Source: Ascoidea asiatica JCM 7603
Lineage: Eukaryota > Fungi > Ascomycota
Reading direction: 5' to 3'
NCBI GenBank assembly: GCA_001600695.1
Contig: BCKQ01000012.1
Coordinates: 359,108-379,407 of the forward strand
DNA length: 20,300 nt
A program made the translations under genes and the position numbers. The notes below the pieces were generated by a model. It ran no database searches. It saw only the letters and a list, made by a program, of their open reading frames with translations, and was not told the origin of the DNA. Position 1 is the stretch's first letter, and each line of letters opens with the position of its first letter. Below, piece after piece: positions 1 through 9,534 of the stretch.

Positions 1-1
1 A

Positions 2-183
2 TTCCAGTACATTCGAGATGCACACAGAACTTCGAAGAAAGAATAAATAATGCAGACCCAGAACGTTCTAGTACATTTAACATGCACACGGAAGTTCTGA
101 GAACGCAATAGAATGTAGTCGTAGAACAATCTATGCAATCTTAGAAAGTCTAAGAATAGCCTAGAATATTCGAAGACAATTCT
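2..183. repeat. Degenerate ~32-bp tandem repeat rich in GAA/TTC units (heat-shock-element-like)
   Basis: 6-39 vs 70-103 match at 27/34 positions. ATG(C/T)A...GAA..(T/A)TC units start at 18, 50, 82 and 113. GAA recurs in 10-bp phase at 144, 154 and 164, followed by TTC at 169. Confidence 0.5.
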
Positions 184-354
184 AATAAAGGAATAAAATG
201 ATTAAGAATCATGTGAGAGTAGCTCCCAATAACATAATAATATTACTGAAAAAAAGAGATAATCAAGTATTGTTGAAAATTCAATAATAATCGTCTTCTT
301 TAATAAAATATGTTTGGTCTTTAAAAAGGAATTGTTTTCAATTATATTAACTTG

Positions 355-362
355 TTTTCGTG
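355..362 (-). promoter_or_regulatory. SCB (SBF site, CACGAAAA)
   Basis: TTTTCGTG exact match. PCL1 is an SBF target in S. cerevisiae, but this site lies ~2.9 kb from its ATG. Confidence 0.3.
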
Positions 363-1144
363 AAACTGTAATCGAATTAGATTTGTAACTATTTTAATTT
401 CAATTGATTTCGCAACATGAATATTTCTTTTTTATAACGATCATTGCCAAATATTTGCTCTTACAAAGATATTATCGTTCAAAATTTATCGAACCACTCC
501 ATGTATTATTCCGCAAAAAAATTATGGTTCTATAAAATCCAAAGTTATTCAATCATTTTATTCATAATCCATGAAATTTATTCACTTAAAAAAGACTCCC
601 ATAATTTTTCTTATCCTTTTATAATAACTGTAACATTATAGTAATTCTTTAAGGCCAAGAAATTTCTTTCTTCCGAACGCTTTTCTAATTATTTGCTGTA
701 ATAATTATAATAGGTAGAATTTCAAATTATTTTTTTTTTAAGCAGCTTTCTGCTTTTACTTTTTATGTTTTTTTTTCAAGTTTTTGAAGAAATCGACTGC
801 TTTTATACCCAATTTTTGGTTTAAGCAAATATACTCATTACCATAAATGTGTAAAATTAACTTAAATTTCAGATTTTTGATATTTTATATGGTACTAAAC
901 ACAATATGCTTTTTTTGCTGCAACCCAAAAATATTTATGCTTTTTATTACTGTTTACCATTTTATTTTTAGTTTGGAAAGCTTATATGTTAGTACCACTT
1001 ATTTTCAAATTAGAAAGTTTAGAGTTTGCGGGCTGCATATAAAGTTTCAGTTTCAAAACACTAATTGACCCAGTTTTTGTTTCTTTGGGTGTGTCGTGTA
1101 GAAAAAGAAACTTCCAGCATTAATCAATCCTTGGTTTTCACCAG

Positions 1145-1238
1145 TTGCTCCATTAGGTAACTTACTGGGTTCACGATAGTTACCCGATAGGGAAAACTAG
1201 TTTAGGTCGTTTCTAATCGGCAGAACTGTCTAATTAGG
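1145..1238. promoter_or_regulatory. Cluster of Mcm1 (MADS/CArG, ECB-like) sites
   Basis: TTACCCGATAGGGAAA at 1180-1195 (full CC-N6-GG consensus; also contains Reb1-like TTACCCG); TTGCTCCATTAGGTAA at 1145-1160; CTAGTTTAGG at 1197-1206; TCTAATTAGG at 1229-1238. Confidence 0.6.
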
Positions 1239-1240
1239 AT

Positions 1241-1300
1241 CAATTAGTATTGATTAGTATTTATTAGTATTTATTAGTATTGATTAGTGTTGATTAGTAT
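1241..1300. repeat. 10-bp tandem repeat, 6 copies (consensus TGATTAGTAT)
   Basis: caattagtat tgattagtat ttattagtat ttattagtat tgattagtgt tgattagtat. Confidence 0.9.
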
Positions 1301-3110
1301 TTACTTTGATTTGAATTAATTTTAAGGGGGGTTCTAAAAATATATCTATTTGATCTTAATCAAGAATATTTTGATCTATTTTGTAAACTCCTCTCATATT
1401 TTCTCATTTGATTGTAAAATTCCATTACCAATTAGGAAATTCTGCATTTATTTTAATTTTTTTTTGTTTACTTCAATACAATTAGCTTTCGTTCAGGTCT
1501 CCTTCAAGACAAGGTTAAATAACTTTTCCATTTCAATAACATTTATTTTAGTCCCTTTTATTTTTTTATTTTTTTACACGAGTCGATTTTAAATTCTTTA
1601 GAATATGTTTGAAAATTGTCTTAAGAAGCAACAGAAAAATTATCAAGTACTAATCTATATTACTTTGAAAACTTGAATGAGTGCTTCATCATTATTCACT
1701 ACATTAGTTCACTTTAAAATTGTTTTTGACCTTTGAAATCTTTATGACCCACCTTTAATTGAAAAACATTCTATTCTATGATTACTATTATCAGTAGAAC
1801 TATTTACATTCATTTGAGAAATCCTTTGAATTATTCCATTGAATAATTCATAATGAACTCCATTTCATTACGACAGTACTATAATGTCTCTTTTCATTTA
1901 CAGTTAAACAACTGCTTCTATTAACAATTTTTAATTCCATTCCTTTTTTTTTTTACTTTACTCAAATGCTTATCAACTAATATTCATTTATGATGGTTTT
2001 ATTAATATTATCAATAAAACAATTTCCATTTTAAGATCGGATCTTATTAATAATCTTACATTGGATTTTATTAATTAAAATATTCAAATCCTAGTAATGT
2101 TTAATCCTCAATTGAAATCATTGAAACTAAGTTAATAATTTAAGACAATTAACTAATAAAGTACAGTTAATCTGTTTTAGTTAAAGTACAGAACATTTTT
2201 TTAGTATAATTAGTATTCACCACACACCTATACTCTATTAAGAAGTACTGTATGTTTTAATAATTTATGGTCTAAATAATTCATAGCATTATTTAATATT
2301 CAGATAACCAATTTCATTGAAGTTTTTGTAAAAACACAAAATATCTTGTTTTTTTATAAATTTAGGTAAATATTTACAAAATTTTGAATATTTTAAAAAT
2401 TTATTAATCAATTTCAAGTAATTTTTCCACACAATTTATTTCATTTAATAGTAACTAAATATTTTCCATCTTTGAATTTATGAATCTTTGAATCTTTTGA
2501 AAACCTGAATATATTGATAATTTTAATGAGGAAATAAGTTTTTTTTTTACTAAAAGAATACATTATTTTAGTCAACCTTACATTGGATACATTATCTGCA
2601 AAACACCATTTTCAAAAAAGTTTATAAGAGATGGTGGTGTAAATTGATTATACAAAAATTCAAGATGAACTAAATTATCACACTATTACTACTGTATTAT
2701 AAGTGATAGTATAGATTTCAATTAAGGATAGATAAAATAATTATTTGATAAATAGTGTATGTATGTATGGATTTTTTTCAAAATTCAAATTTAATAAATA
2801 ATTACCGAATGAAATAAATTATCCTTTATCTTATAAAATTCATCCCTTTTAATTCTTTAATTATAATTATCTTCCCCTTTTAATCTTTTTCATTATTCTT
2901 AATTCAGTTTTATAATTTTCATTTATTAAAAGATATATGATTATTCTTTTTATTTTTTAAGAAAATTAATTATTATTTAAACATGTCAATTTCCCTGAAG
3001 TAAAATTTCAATTCAATTAAATTTATTATTTTATAATTCCCAATTTGTATTTAAATTAAATTCATAAACATTTTTTTTTCTTCATTAATTTATTTTAATT
3101 CATTTTAATT

Positions 3111-3140
3111 TATTTCAATTTATTTCAATTTATTTCAATT
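3111..3140. repeat. 10-bp tandem repeat (TATTTCAATT)x3
   Basis: Three exact copies just upstream of the PCL1 ATG. Confidence 0.85.
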
Positions 3141-3228
3141 TATTTTGTCATATAATAATTTCATTCTTTTTTAAAAATCATTAGTCTTATTACTTTTTTT
3201 TTTGTTGAGAAAAATTCATTTTTAAAAG

Positions 3229-4180
3229 ATGTCAGATTTTGAAGCTCTTAATATTTTCTTAACTTATCCAGTTACTCATGATATGTTATTAAAATTAACA
3301 TCAGCAACAATTGATTTATTACCATGTCCAAGTGAAAAACCAAAGAGTTCAAATAAAAATAAATTTTCAGCATCTTTATCATTATCATCATTATCATCAT
3401 CATTAGCATCAGCATCAACATCAACATCAGCATCAGCATATCCTTCACCACCTTCAAGTCCAGGTAAATTACCATCATTAATGACATTTTTGGTAACATT
3501 AGTTAAATATACAAATGTTTATACAGGTACATTAATGGCAACATTAATATATTTACAAAAATTAAAAGATAGATTACCAAAAGGATCAACAGCACAAGAT
3601 CCATCATCAAGACATAGAATTTTATTAGCAGCATTAATTTTATCATCAAAATATAATAATGATTCATCACCAAAAAATAAACATTGGTCAAAATATACTA
3701 ATGGATTATTTTCAACACATGAAGTTAATGAAATGGAAAGACAATATTTATCATTAATTAATTGGGATATGAGAATTAAAAATGAAGATTTAATTTATCA
3801 TTTAAAACCATTTTTAAATATTATTAAAGTTAAAATTTTTGAAATTAAAATGGAAAAAGAAAAAGCAAAAGAAAAAGAAGTTGAGAAAGAAAAACAAAAA
3901 CAAAGAAAAATTCAAGAAATTAAAAGAATTGAAGAATTTGAAAAAATTAAATTAATTAATAAACAAAAATTAAAAAGTAAGAAAAATAAAATATCATTAT
4001 CACCAAAATCATTATCACCAAGAAATAGAAATAGAATTGTTGAAGATATTGAGAATATAGATCCAATTAGTTCTAGATATAATAATAATAGTAATAAGAA
4101 ACATCATTATCATAATAATTATTATAGTAAAATGAATAAGAAAATATCATTACCTTCATTGAAGTCATTTACATTAAAGA

Positions 4181-4239
<59 letters not shown>

Positions 4240-4755
4240 AGATCTAGAGAGGATATGGCATTGAAACCAATTGGAGCAAGTAGATTAAATTCATCAGGTT
4301 CAACAAGTTCATCAAATTCTTCAGGATCATTAAATTCATTAGGATCATCAGCATCATCAAATTCAATAAGTTCATTAAGTTCAAATGATTCATTAGAATC
4401 AACTTTTAATAAGGTTCCATTATTATCATTTGAATCTAATAGTTCAATATCCTCATATAATTCATTTGATTCATTATATTTAAATAATTATAGTAGTAGT
4501 ACTACTACTAATAAAAATAATAAGTTTTTAAGAAGTGAATCAAATTCATCAAATTTAAGTCAACAATCTAATACTTTAAATACATTAAAACCATCTAAAG
4601 GAAAATTAAATCTTCATAATATTTTAATGAATAAAGATTATAAAGATTCATCATATGTTTTATTTAAAGAAGAAGATATTTATTCAGATCCTAAATCAAC
4701 ATTCCTTAGTCATCATCATCCTCATCAATATAAACGTACAATTGTTAATAATTAA
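3229..4755 (+). CDS. PCL1: Pho85 cyclin Pcl1 (Pcl1/2 subfamily G1 cyclin)
   Basis: 508 aa. YPSPPSSPG..LPSLMTF..LVKYTNVYT, HRILLAALILSSKYNNDSSPKNKHWSKYTNGLF and EMERQYLSLINWD match the recalled Pcl1 cyclin box (YPTPPGSPG, LPSLMTF, NDSSPLNKHW). Low-complexity C-terminus; A-rich start context. Confidence 0.92.
4183..4236 (+). repeat. (AAT)18 microsatellite encoding poly-Asn in PCL1
   Basis: Perfect trinucleotide run. Confidence 0.95.
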
Positions 4756-5159
4756 AATCAATTGTAAAACATTTCATGTACATTTCTTTCATTTCTTTCA
4801 TTTCATGTCTTTTCTTTTTTTTCTTTATTTAATTTAATACTTTATCACTTTTTCACTTCTTTATTTATTTCTTTTTTTATCTTCTTTGATTTTTCACTTC
4901 TTTTATTATTATTATTTTATTTTATTATTTAATTTATTTGTGACTTGAGTTCTTTTTATGGGTTATTATTCTTCTTTTTTTTCATTATCTTCAAATTGTA
5001 TAGTATAAATTCACACTCCTTTGAAATATTTTAATCATTTATTCTGTATTCTGTAGATTTGATTGATTTCATTCCATTGGAGTCTTCAGCATCGTTTCTT
5101 GTAACTTCAGTCAAATTCACAGGCACCAGAAAAAAAGCTCAAATTCGAACCAAAATTTA

Positions 5160-5525
5160 TAAAAAAGGGGCTGGCAGAAGAAGACAGAGACAGGCAGAGG
5201 GGTGCATTGGATCCACTTGTTTGGATTTAACATTTTGAGACCAGAATCTTGGAAGTTCTTTAAAATCCGGAAAAATAAAAACCATTTCAGGATTCAAAAT
5301 TTTAAGGTTTACTAAAAACCTGAGCTCGGATATTTTTAATCCGGTCGTGGTTTACATGTGACCGCGGCAGGGATGTCCTTTAAATGCAACCTGGACACGG
5401 TGCACTCCGATCGGACCACTGAAATGGAACTAAATGGAACCTCGTCCACGCCACCGCAGCCGCCTCTGTCACCGAATCCTCGACTGGCTAACAAGGTTTG
5501 ATTAATCCGGTGTTGAAAGAGGCTG
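5160..5525. promoter_or_regulatory. GC-rich promoter island upstream of PBS2
   Basis: Abrupt rise in GC. STRE AGGGG at 5166-5170 and 5198-5202; Aft1-like GGGTGCA at 5200-5206; Cbf1/CDEI-like CATGTGAC at 5355-5362; URS1-like AGCCGCC at 5458-5464. Followed by a long T-rich tract. Confidence 0.55.
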
Positions 5526-6065
5526 ATTTTATTTTATGTCTGCTCTCTTTTTATTTCCTTAATTCCTTAATTTCTTATTCTTATTCTTTATTCTTATTCT
5601 TTGATTTTTATTTTTTAAAACTTATTACTTATTACTTATTTTTTATTATTTATTATTTATTACTTATCATTTTATTTTTTATTTATTATTTTATTCTTTA
5701 TTCTATATTTTATATAATTTGACTTTTTAATTTTTATTATTTCTCACTCCTTTTAAATATAATTCATTAACTCAGTCAATTTTTAACAAGAACTGAAAAA
5801 TAATCTAATAATTTTATAAATTTATAAAAATCTAAAGATATTCTACAGTCAATACATAGATATATAATCAATAAAATCATACTCATAAAACTCATAAAAG
5901 ATTCAAAGATATGGAGATAGCAATATATTCATTTTTCAATTAATCAATAACTAACTAAAAACTAACTAAGTATCAAAAATAAATAAAAAATAATAAGTAA
6001 TAAATTATAATCAATTCATCTAGATTTAAATAGCTAAATAAATAATCAAATAAAATTAATCAAAA

Positions 6066-8399
6066 ATGAATATTGTTAATTCAAATAGTGAAATTTCAAA
6101 ATTAAATAATAATGAATCTGATTTAAAAAAAGATTCAATAAATCTGAATCTTAAAAATAACAAGAATAATAAAAATAGTAAAAGTAATAGTTTACCTCCT
6201 CATCCTTTTCAATTAAATTTATCAAATCACTTAAAATCAAAATCAACTCCAAATTTCAAATCAAAAATTTATTCAATTAGTGCTACTTCTTCTAATTTAA
6301 ATTCAAATTCAAATTCTGATTCAAATTCTGATTCAAATTCTGATTCAAATGTAAATTCAAATGTAGATTCCAATTCCAATTCCAATTCAAATCAAGATTC
6401 TAATTCTCAACCTCCTTCACATTCACATTCACATTCCAATTCTCATTCTAACTCGAATTCAAATTCAATAAATCCTAAGCATAATAATTCAAATAAAAAA
6501 TCAACTTTACCTCCATTTCCACCACAATTAAGATCTCCATCTTTAGGTAGTTTACCATTATCAAATTCACCTTTAAATTTGAATTTAAATTCAAATTCAA
6601 AATCAAACTCAAAATTAAATTCAACTTTAAATTCAAAATCAAATCCAAAAGCAGTTTCAAAATCAAATTTAACTTTTAATAATTTACAAATTAATAAAAC
6701 TTCCTTAAAGAAAAAAAAATCTTTAAGTGAAAGAAGAGGTGGTTCAGCTTTTAAAATTCCTGACATGTCTAATTTTTCGATAAGTACACCACCTAGAATG
6801 TATAGTCTTGATAGACAACCAAGTCCTATTTCAAATTCAAATCCAAATTCTGTTTTCCAATCCCCTTTAGGTACAAATTCAAATTCAATTTCAACTTCTT
6901 CTTCTTCTTCTTCAACTACAATTTCTACCTCAAATCCAATAACTCCACTGTTATCAAAAAGTAGAAGTAATAATAGATCTAAAATTAATAATAATAGTAG
7001 TAATAATGATAATTTTGGTAATAATTTAAATAATCATATTAACAATCATTTTAAAAAAAATTTCAATCATTCTCCTCCTATACCTTCAAGTTTATCATTA
7101 TCTAATTCAAATTTATCTAAAAAACAAAATAAATTTCAAAAATTACATAATATGAAATTAGATCTTTCTCCAACTAATAATGAATCTTCAAATCAAGAAA
7201 ATATAACTAATAATAATAATAATAATAATAATAGTACAAGTATAATAAAAAGTAATTCAGAAAATAATACAGAAAATAATAAAGATAATAATAAAGATAA
7301 TAATAATAATAATAATTATATAAATAATATAAATAAAAATCAAGATATAAAACCATTAAAACAAGAAAAAAAATCAGATATAAAAGGTGTTTTTGAAAAA
7401 TATGCAGATTATTTAGATATTAAAAATGGTTCATTAAATTTTTCTGGAAAAGCTTCATTACATTCTCAAGGTATTGAATTTTCTTCAGGTAATTCTTTTA
7501 ATATAACTTTTAATGAATTTAAAATTATGGAAGAATTAGGTAGAGGTAATTTTGGTACAGTTTCAAAAGTTTTACATATTCCAACAAATGTTATAATGGC
7601 TATAAAAGAAGTTCATTTACAATTAGAAGATGCTCAAATTAAACAAATTATTATGGAATTAGAAGTTTTACATAATTGTGATTCTCCATATATTGTTGAT
7701 TTTTTTGGTGCATTTTTTGTTGAAGGTAATGTTTATATGTGTATAGAATATATGGATGGTGGATCAGTTGATAAAGTTTATAATAAAAAAAATGGTATTC
7801 CAGAAAAAAATCTTGCAATTATTGCAAAATCAATTATTTTAGGTTTAAAACAATTAAAAGATCAACATAATATTATTCATAGAGATGTTAAACCAACAAA
7901 TATTTTAGTTAATACAAAAGGTAAAATTAAATTATGTGATTTTGGAGTTTCTGGAAATTTAGTTGCTTCAAAAGCTAAAACTAATGTTGGTTGTCAACCA
8001 TATATGGCACCAGAAAGAATTACAAATGTAAATAAATATACTGTTCAAAGTGATATTTGGTCTTTAGGTATATCATTACTTGAAATGGGTACAGGTAAAT
8101 ATCCATATCATGAATTAACTTCATCAAGTGCAATTATGGCAATTATAAATGATGTTTTAAATGGACCAATACCTAAATTTGATGATTCATTCAGTGATAT
8201 TGCACAAGATTTTGCAAGTAAATGTCTTGAAAAAAATCCAAAAAAAAGAGCTTCATATCAAGATTTATTAGATCATAAATGGTTAAATATGTATATTGAT
8301 ATTGATGATCCAGATTATAATATAGAAGGTGATCAATCTCCTGTTGATATGGCAAGTTTTTTCACAGATAGAGTTCATGGAAGATTTTCAAACTATTAA
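6066..8399 (+). CDS. PBS2: MAP kinase kinase Pbs2 (HOG pathway)
   Basis: 777 aa. STE7-family kinase domain (ELGRGNFG, AIK, HRDVKPTN, CDFGVSGNLVASKAKT, YMAPE). Pbs2-specific YLDIKNGSLNFSGKASLHSQGIEFSSG precedes the kinase domain, and SLSERRG resembles SLSARRG. Confidence 0.95.
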   Translation: MNIVNSNSEISKLNNNESDLKKDSINLNLKNNKNNKNSKSNSLPPHPFQLNLSNHLKSKSTPNFKSKIYSISATSSNLNSNSNSDSNSDSNSDSNVNSNVDSNSNSNSNQDSNSQPPSHSHSHSNSHSNSNSNSINPKHNNSNKKSTLPPFPPQLRSPSLGSLPLSNSPLNLNLNSNSKSNSKLNSTLNSKSNPKAVSKSNLTFNNLQINKTSLKKKKSLSERRGGSAFKIPDMSNFSISTPPRMYSLDRQPSPISNSNPNSVFQSPLGTNSNSISTSSSSSSTTISTSNPITPLLSKSRSNNRSKINNNSSNNDNFGNNLNNHINNHFKKNFNHSPPIPSSLSLSNSNLSKKQNKFQKLHNMKLDLSPTNNESSNQENITNNNNNNNNSTSIIKSNSENNTENNKDNNKDNNNNNNYINNINKNQDIKPLKQEKKSDIKGVFEKYADYLDIKNGSLNFSGKASLHSQGIEFSSGNSFNITFNEFKIMEELGRGNFGTVSKVLHIPTNVIMAIKEVHLQLEDAQIKQIIMELEVLHNCDSPYIVDFFGAFFVEGNVYMCIEYMDGGSVDKVYNKKNGIPEKNLAIIAKSIILGLKQLKDQHNIIHRDVKPTNILVNTKGKIKLCDFGVSGNLVASKAKTNVGCQPYMAPERITNVNKYTVQSDIWSLGISLLEMGTGKYPYHELTSSSAIMAIINDVLNGPIPKFDDSFSDIAQDFASKCLEKNPKKRASYQDLLDHKWLNMYIDIDDPDYNIEGDQSPVDMASFFTDRVHGRFSNY

Positions 8400-8708
8400 T
8401 TGATAACCATTTACTCTTTTTATTTTTTTCTATATTTTTTATTCTATTATTCTATCATTGACTTTTTTCTCATATTAATTCAAAATTTCAATTATTTTTT
8501 TTTTTCAATTCTCATAGTTTTTCAACAAATTTTTTCATCAATTACCTTTTTTACTCTCTTTTTCTCCTTAGTTCTCTTTTTTTCTGATATTTTATTTCAT
8601 TAATCTTTTCAATTATTTCACTTAAATTTCTATTCTTTTAAACATTGATTATCAGCATTTTTCTTAGTTCTTTTCCAGTTTTCATTAACAGTTGAGCATT
8701 ATAACAGT

Positions 8709-8730
8709 TATATATATATATATATATATA
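8709..8730. repeat. (TA)11 microsatellite
   Basis: Perfect dinucleotide run downstream of PBS2, followed by short TTCTTTA and TTTCTTCGTG repeats. Confidence 0.9.
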
Positions 8731-9009
8731 TTTCTTTATTCTTTATTCTTTATTCCTTACTCTTTCTTCGTGTTTCTTCGTGTTTCTTTCTTTTTCATTC
8801 TCTTTTTTTCACTTCACATTATTATTATTTGCTGATTATGATTTTTCAACTATTTTTTTACTTTTTTTTTTTTAACTTTCATGGGATGTGGCTTTTTTAA
8901 TAAGAAAAATCGAGAGAATAATCAACATATATATCTAGTTCTTTATCTGATCTTCATTTCCAAATCTTTCGTAGTTTCTGTTGTTTCTGCTGTTTCTGCT
9001 TCTTCTTTT

Positions 9010-9250
9010 TGCAGCTCAGACTCGCTTAGCGAACACCTTTCCGAACACCATTCGTGCAAACGAACACAAAAACCTATAAAAGACCTACAAAAGACAGCAT
9101 TCCGGTGTGCTCTTAACGAACACATTCCCTTGTTCGGCTTCTGCCCTCCAAGCCCAGTCTTACCCTCTGTCACGGTTCGTTAACGGCCGCCTCGCTGTTC
9201 TTCAACCGCCATTTTATTTTTTTCTCTCATTCCTCAACAAAAAATTTTTT
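9010..9250. promoter_or_regulatory. GC-rich promoter island upstream of NMD5
   Basis: CGAACAC x4; Reb1-like TTACCCT at 9160-9166; GCCGCCTC at 9186-9193; RRPE-like AAAATTTT at 9241-9248. Confidence 0.55.
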
Positions 9251-9534
9251 TATTTTTTTGTTTGTAGACCTTTTTTTTAAAAGAAAAAAGAGAAGAAATC
9301 ATTGATTTAATGAAGTAAAAGTTAATTGAAGCACCAAATATAAAGTAATTGAAAGGGATTTGATTGTATTGTTTGTTAGCATCTTGCTTTTTTATACTAA
9401 TTCTTTCTTTGGTGAATAGTTTATTGCTTTTCTTATTTATTTATTTTACTTGTTTTGCTTTTGTTTTTATCTTCTTTCTCATCTTCTTCTTCATCTTTTT
9501 CATCTTCTTCTTTTTGCTTTATAATATATAAATA

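Noticed and set aside
950-1165. Possible minus-strand intron (GTAAGT 1165-1160, TACTAAC 994-988, CAG 952-950)
   Set aside because: I found no ATG-bearing exon or meaningful spliced ORF, and one or two TACTAAC are expected by chance. A UTR or ncRNA intron cannot be excluded without RNA-seq.
444-1592. Short ORFs 444-641, 847-1068 and 1350-1592
   Set aside because: Phe/Ile/Tyr-rich translations typical of AT-rich non-coding DNA. Two have TTG starts, and none has a recognisable motif.
2250-2766. GTATGT donor-like sites upstream of PCL1
   Set aside because: No TACTAAC branch point before the ATG; the 2757 copy is part of a (GTAT)n repeat.
5355-5362. CDEI-like GTCACATG as part of a point centromere
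   Set aside because: Not followed by an AT-rich CDEII and a CDEIII; better read as a promoter Cbf1 site.
3272-6766. Antisense or overlapping ORFs in PCL1 and PBS2 (3272-3499, 3503-3691, 4655-4837, 6443-6766, 6475-6666) and ORF 5498-5722
   Set aside because: Shadows of low-complexity coding repeats or T-rich tracts.
8400-9183. ORFs 8400-8603, 8881-9183 and 8943-9173
   Set aside because: They arise from the T-rich 3' region and the stop-poor GC promoter island, and their codon usage is unlike the real genes.
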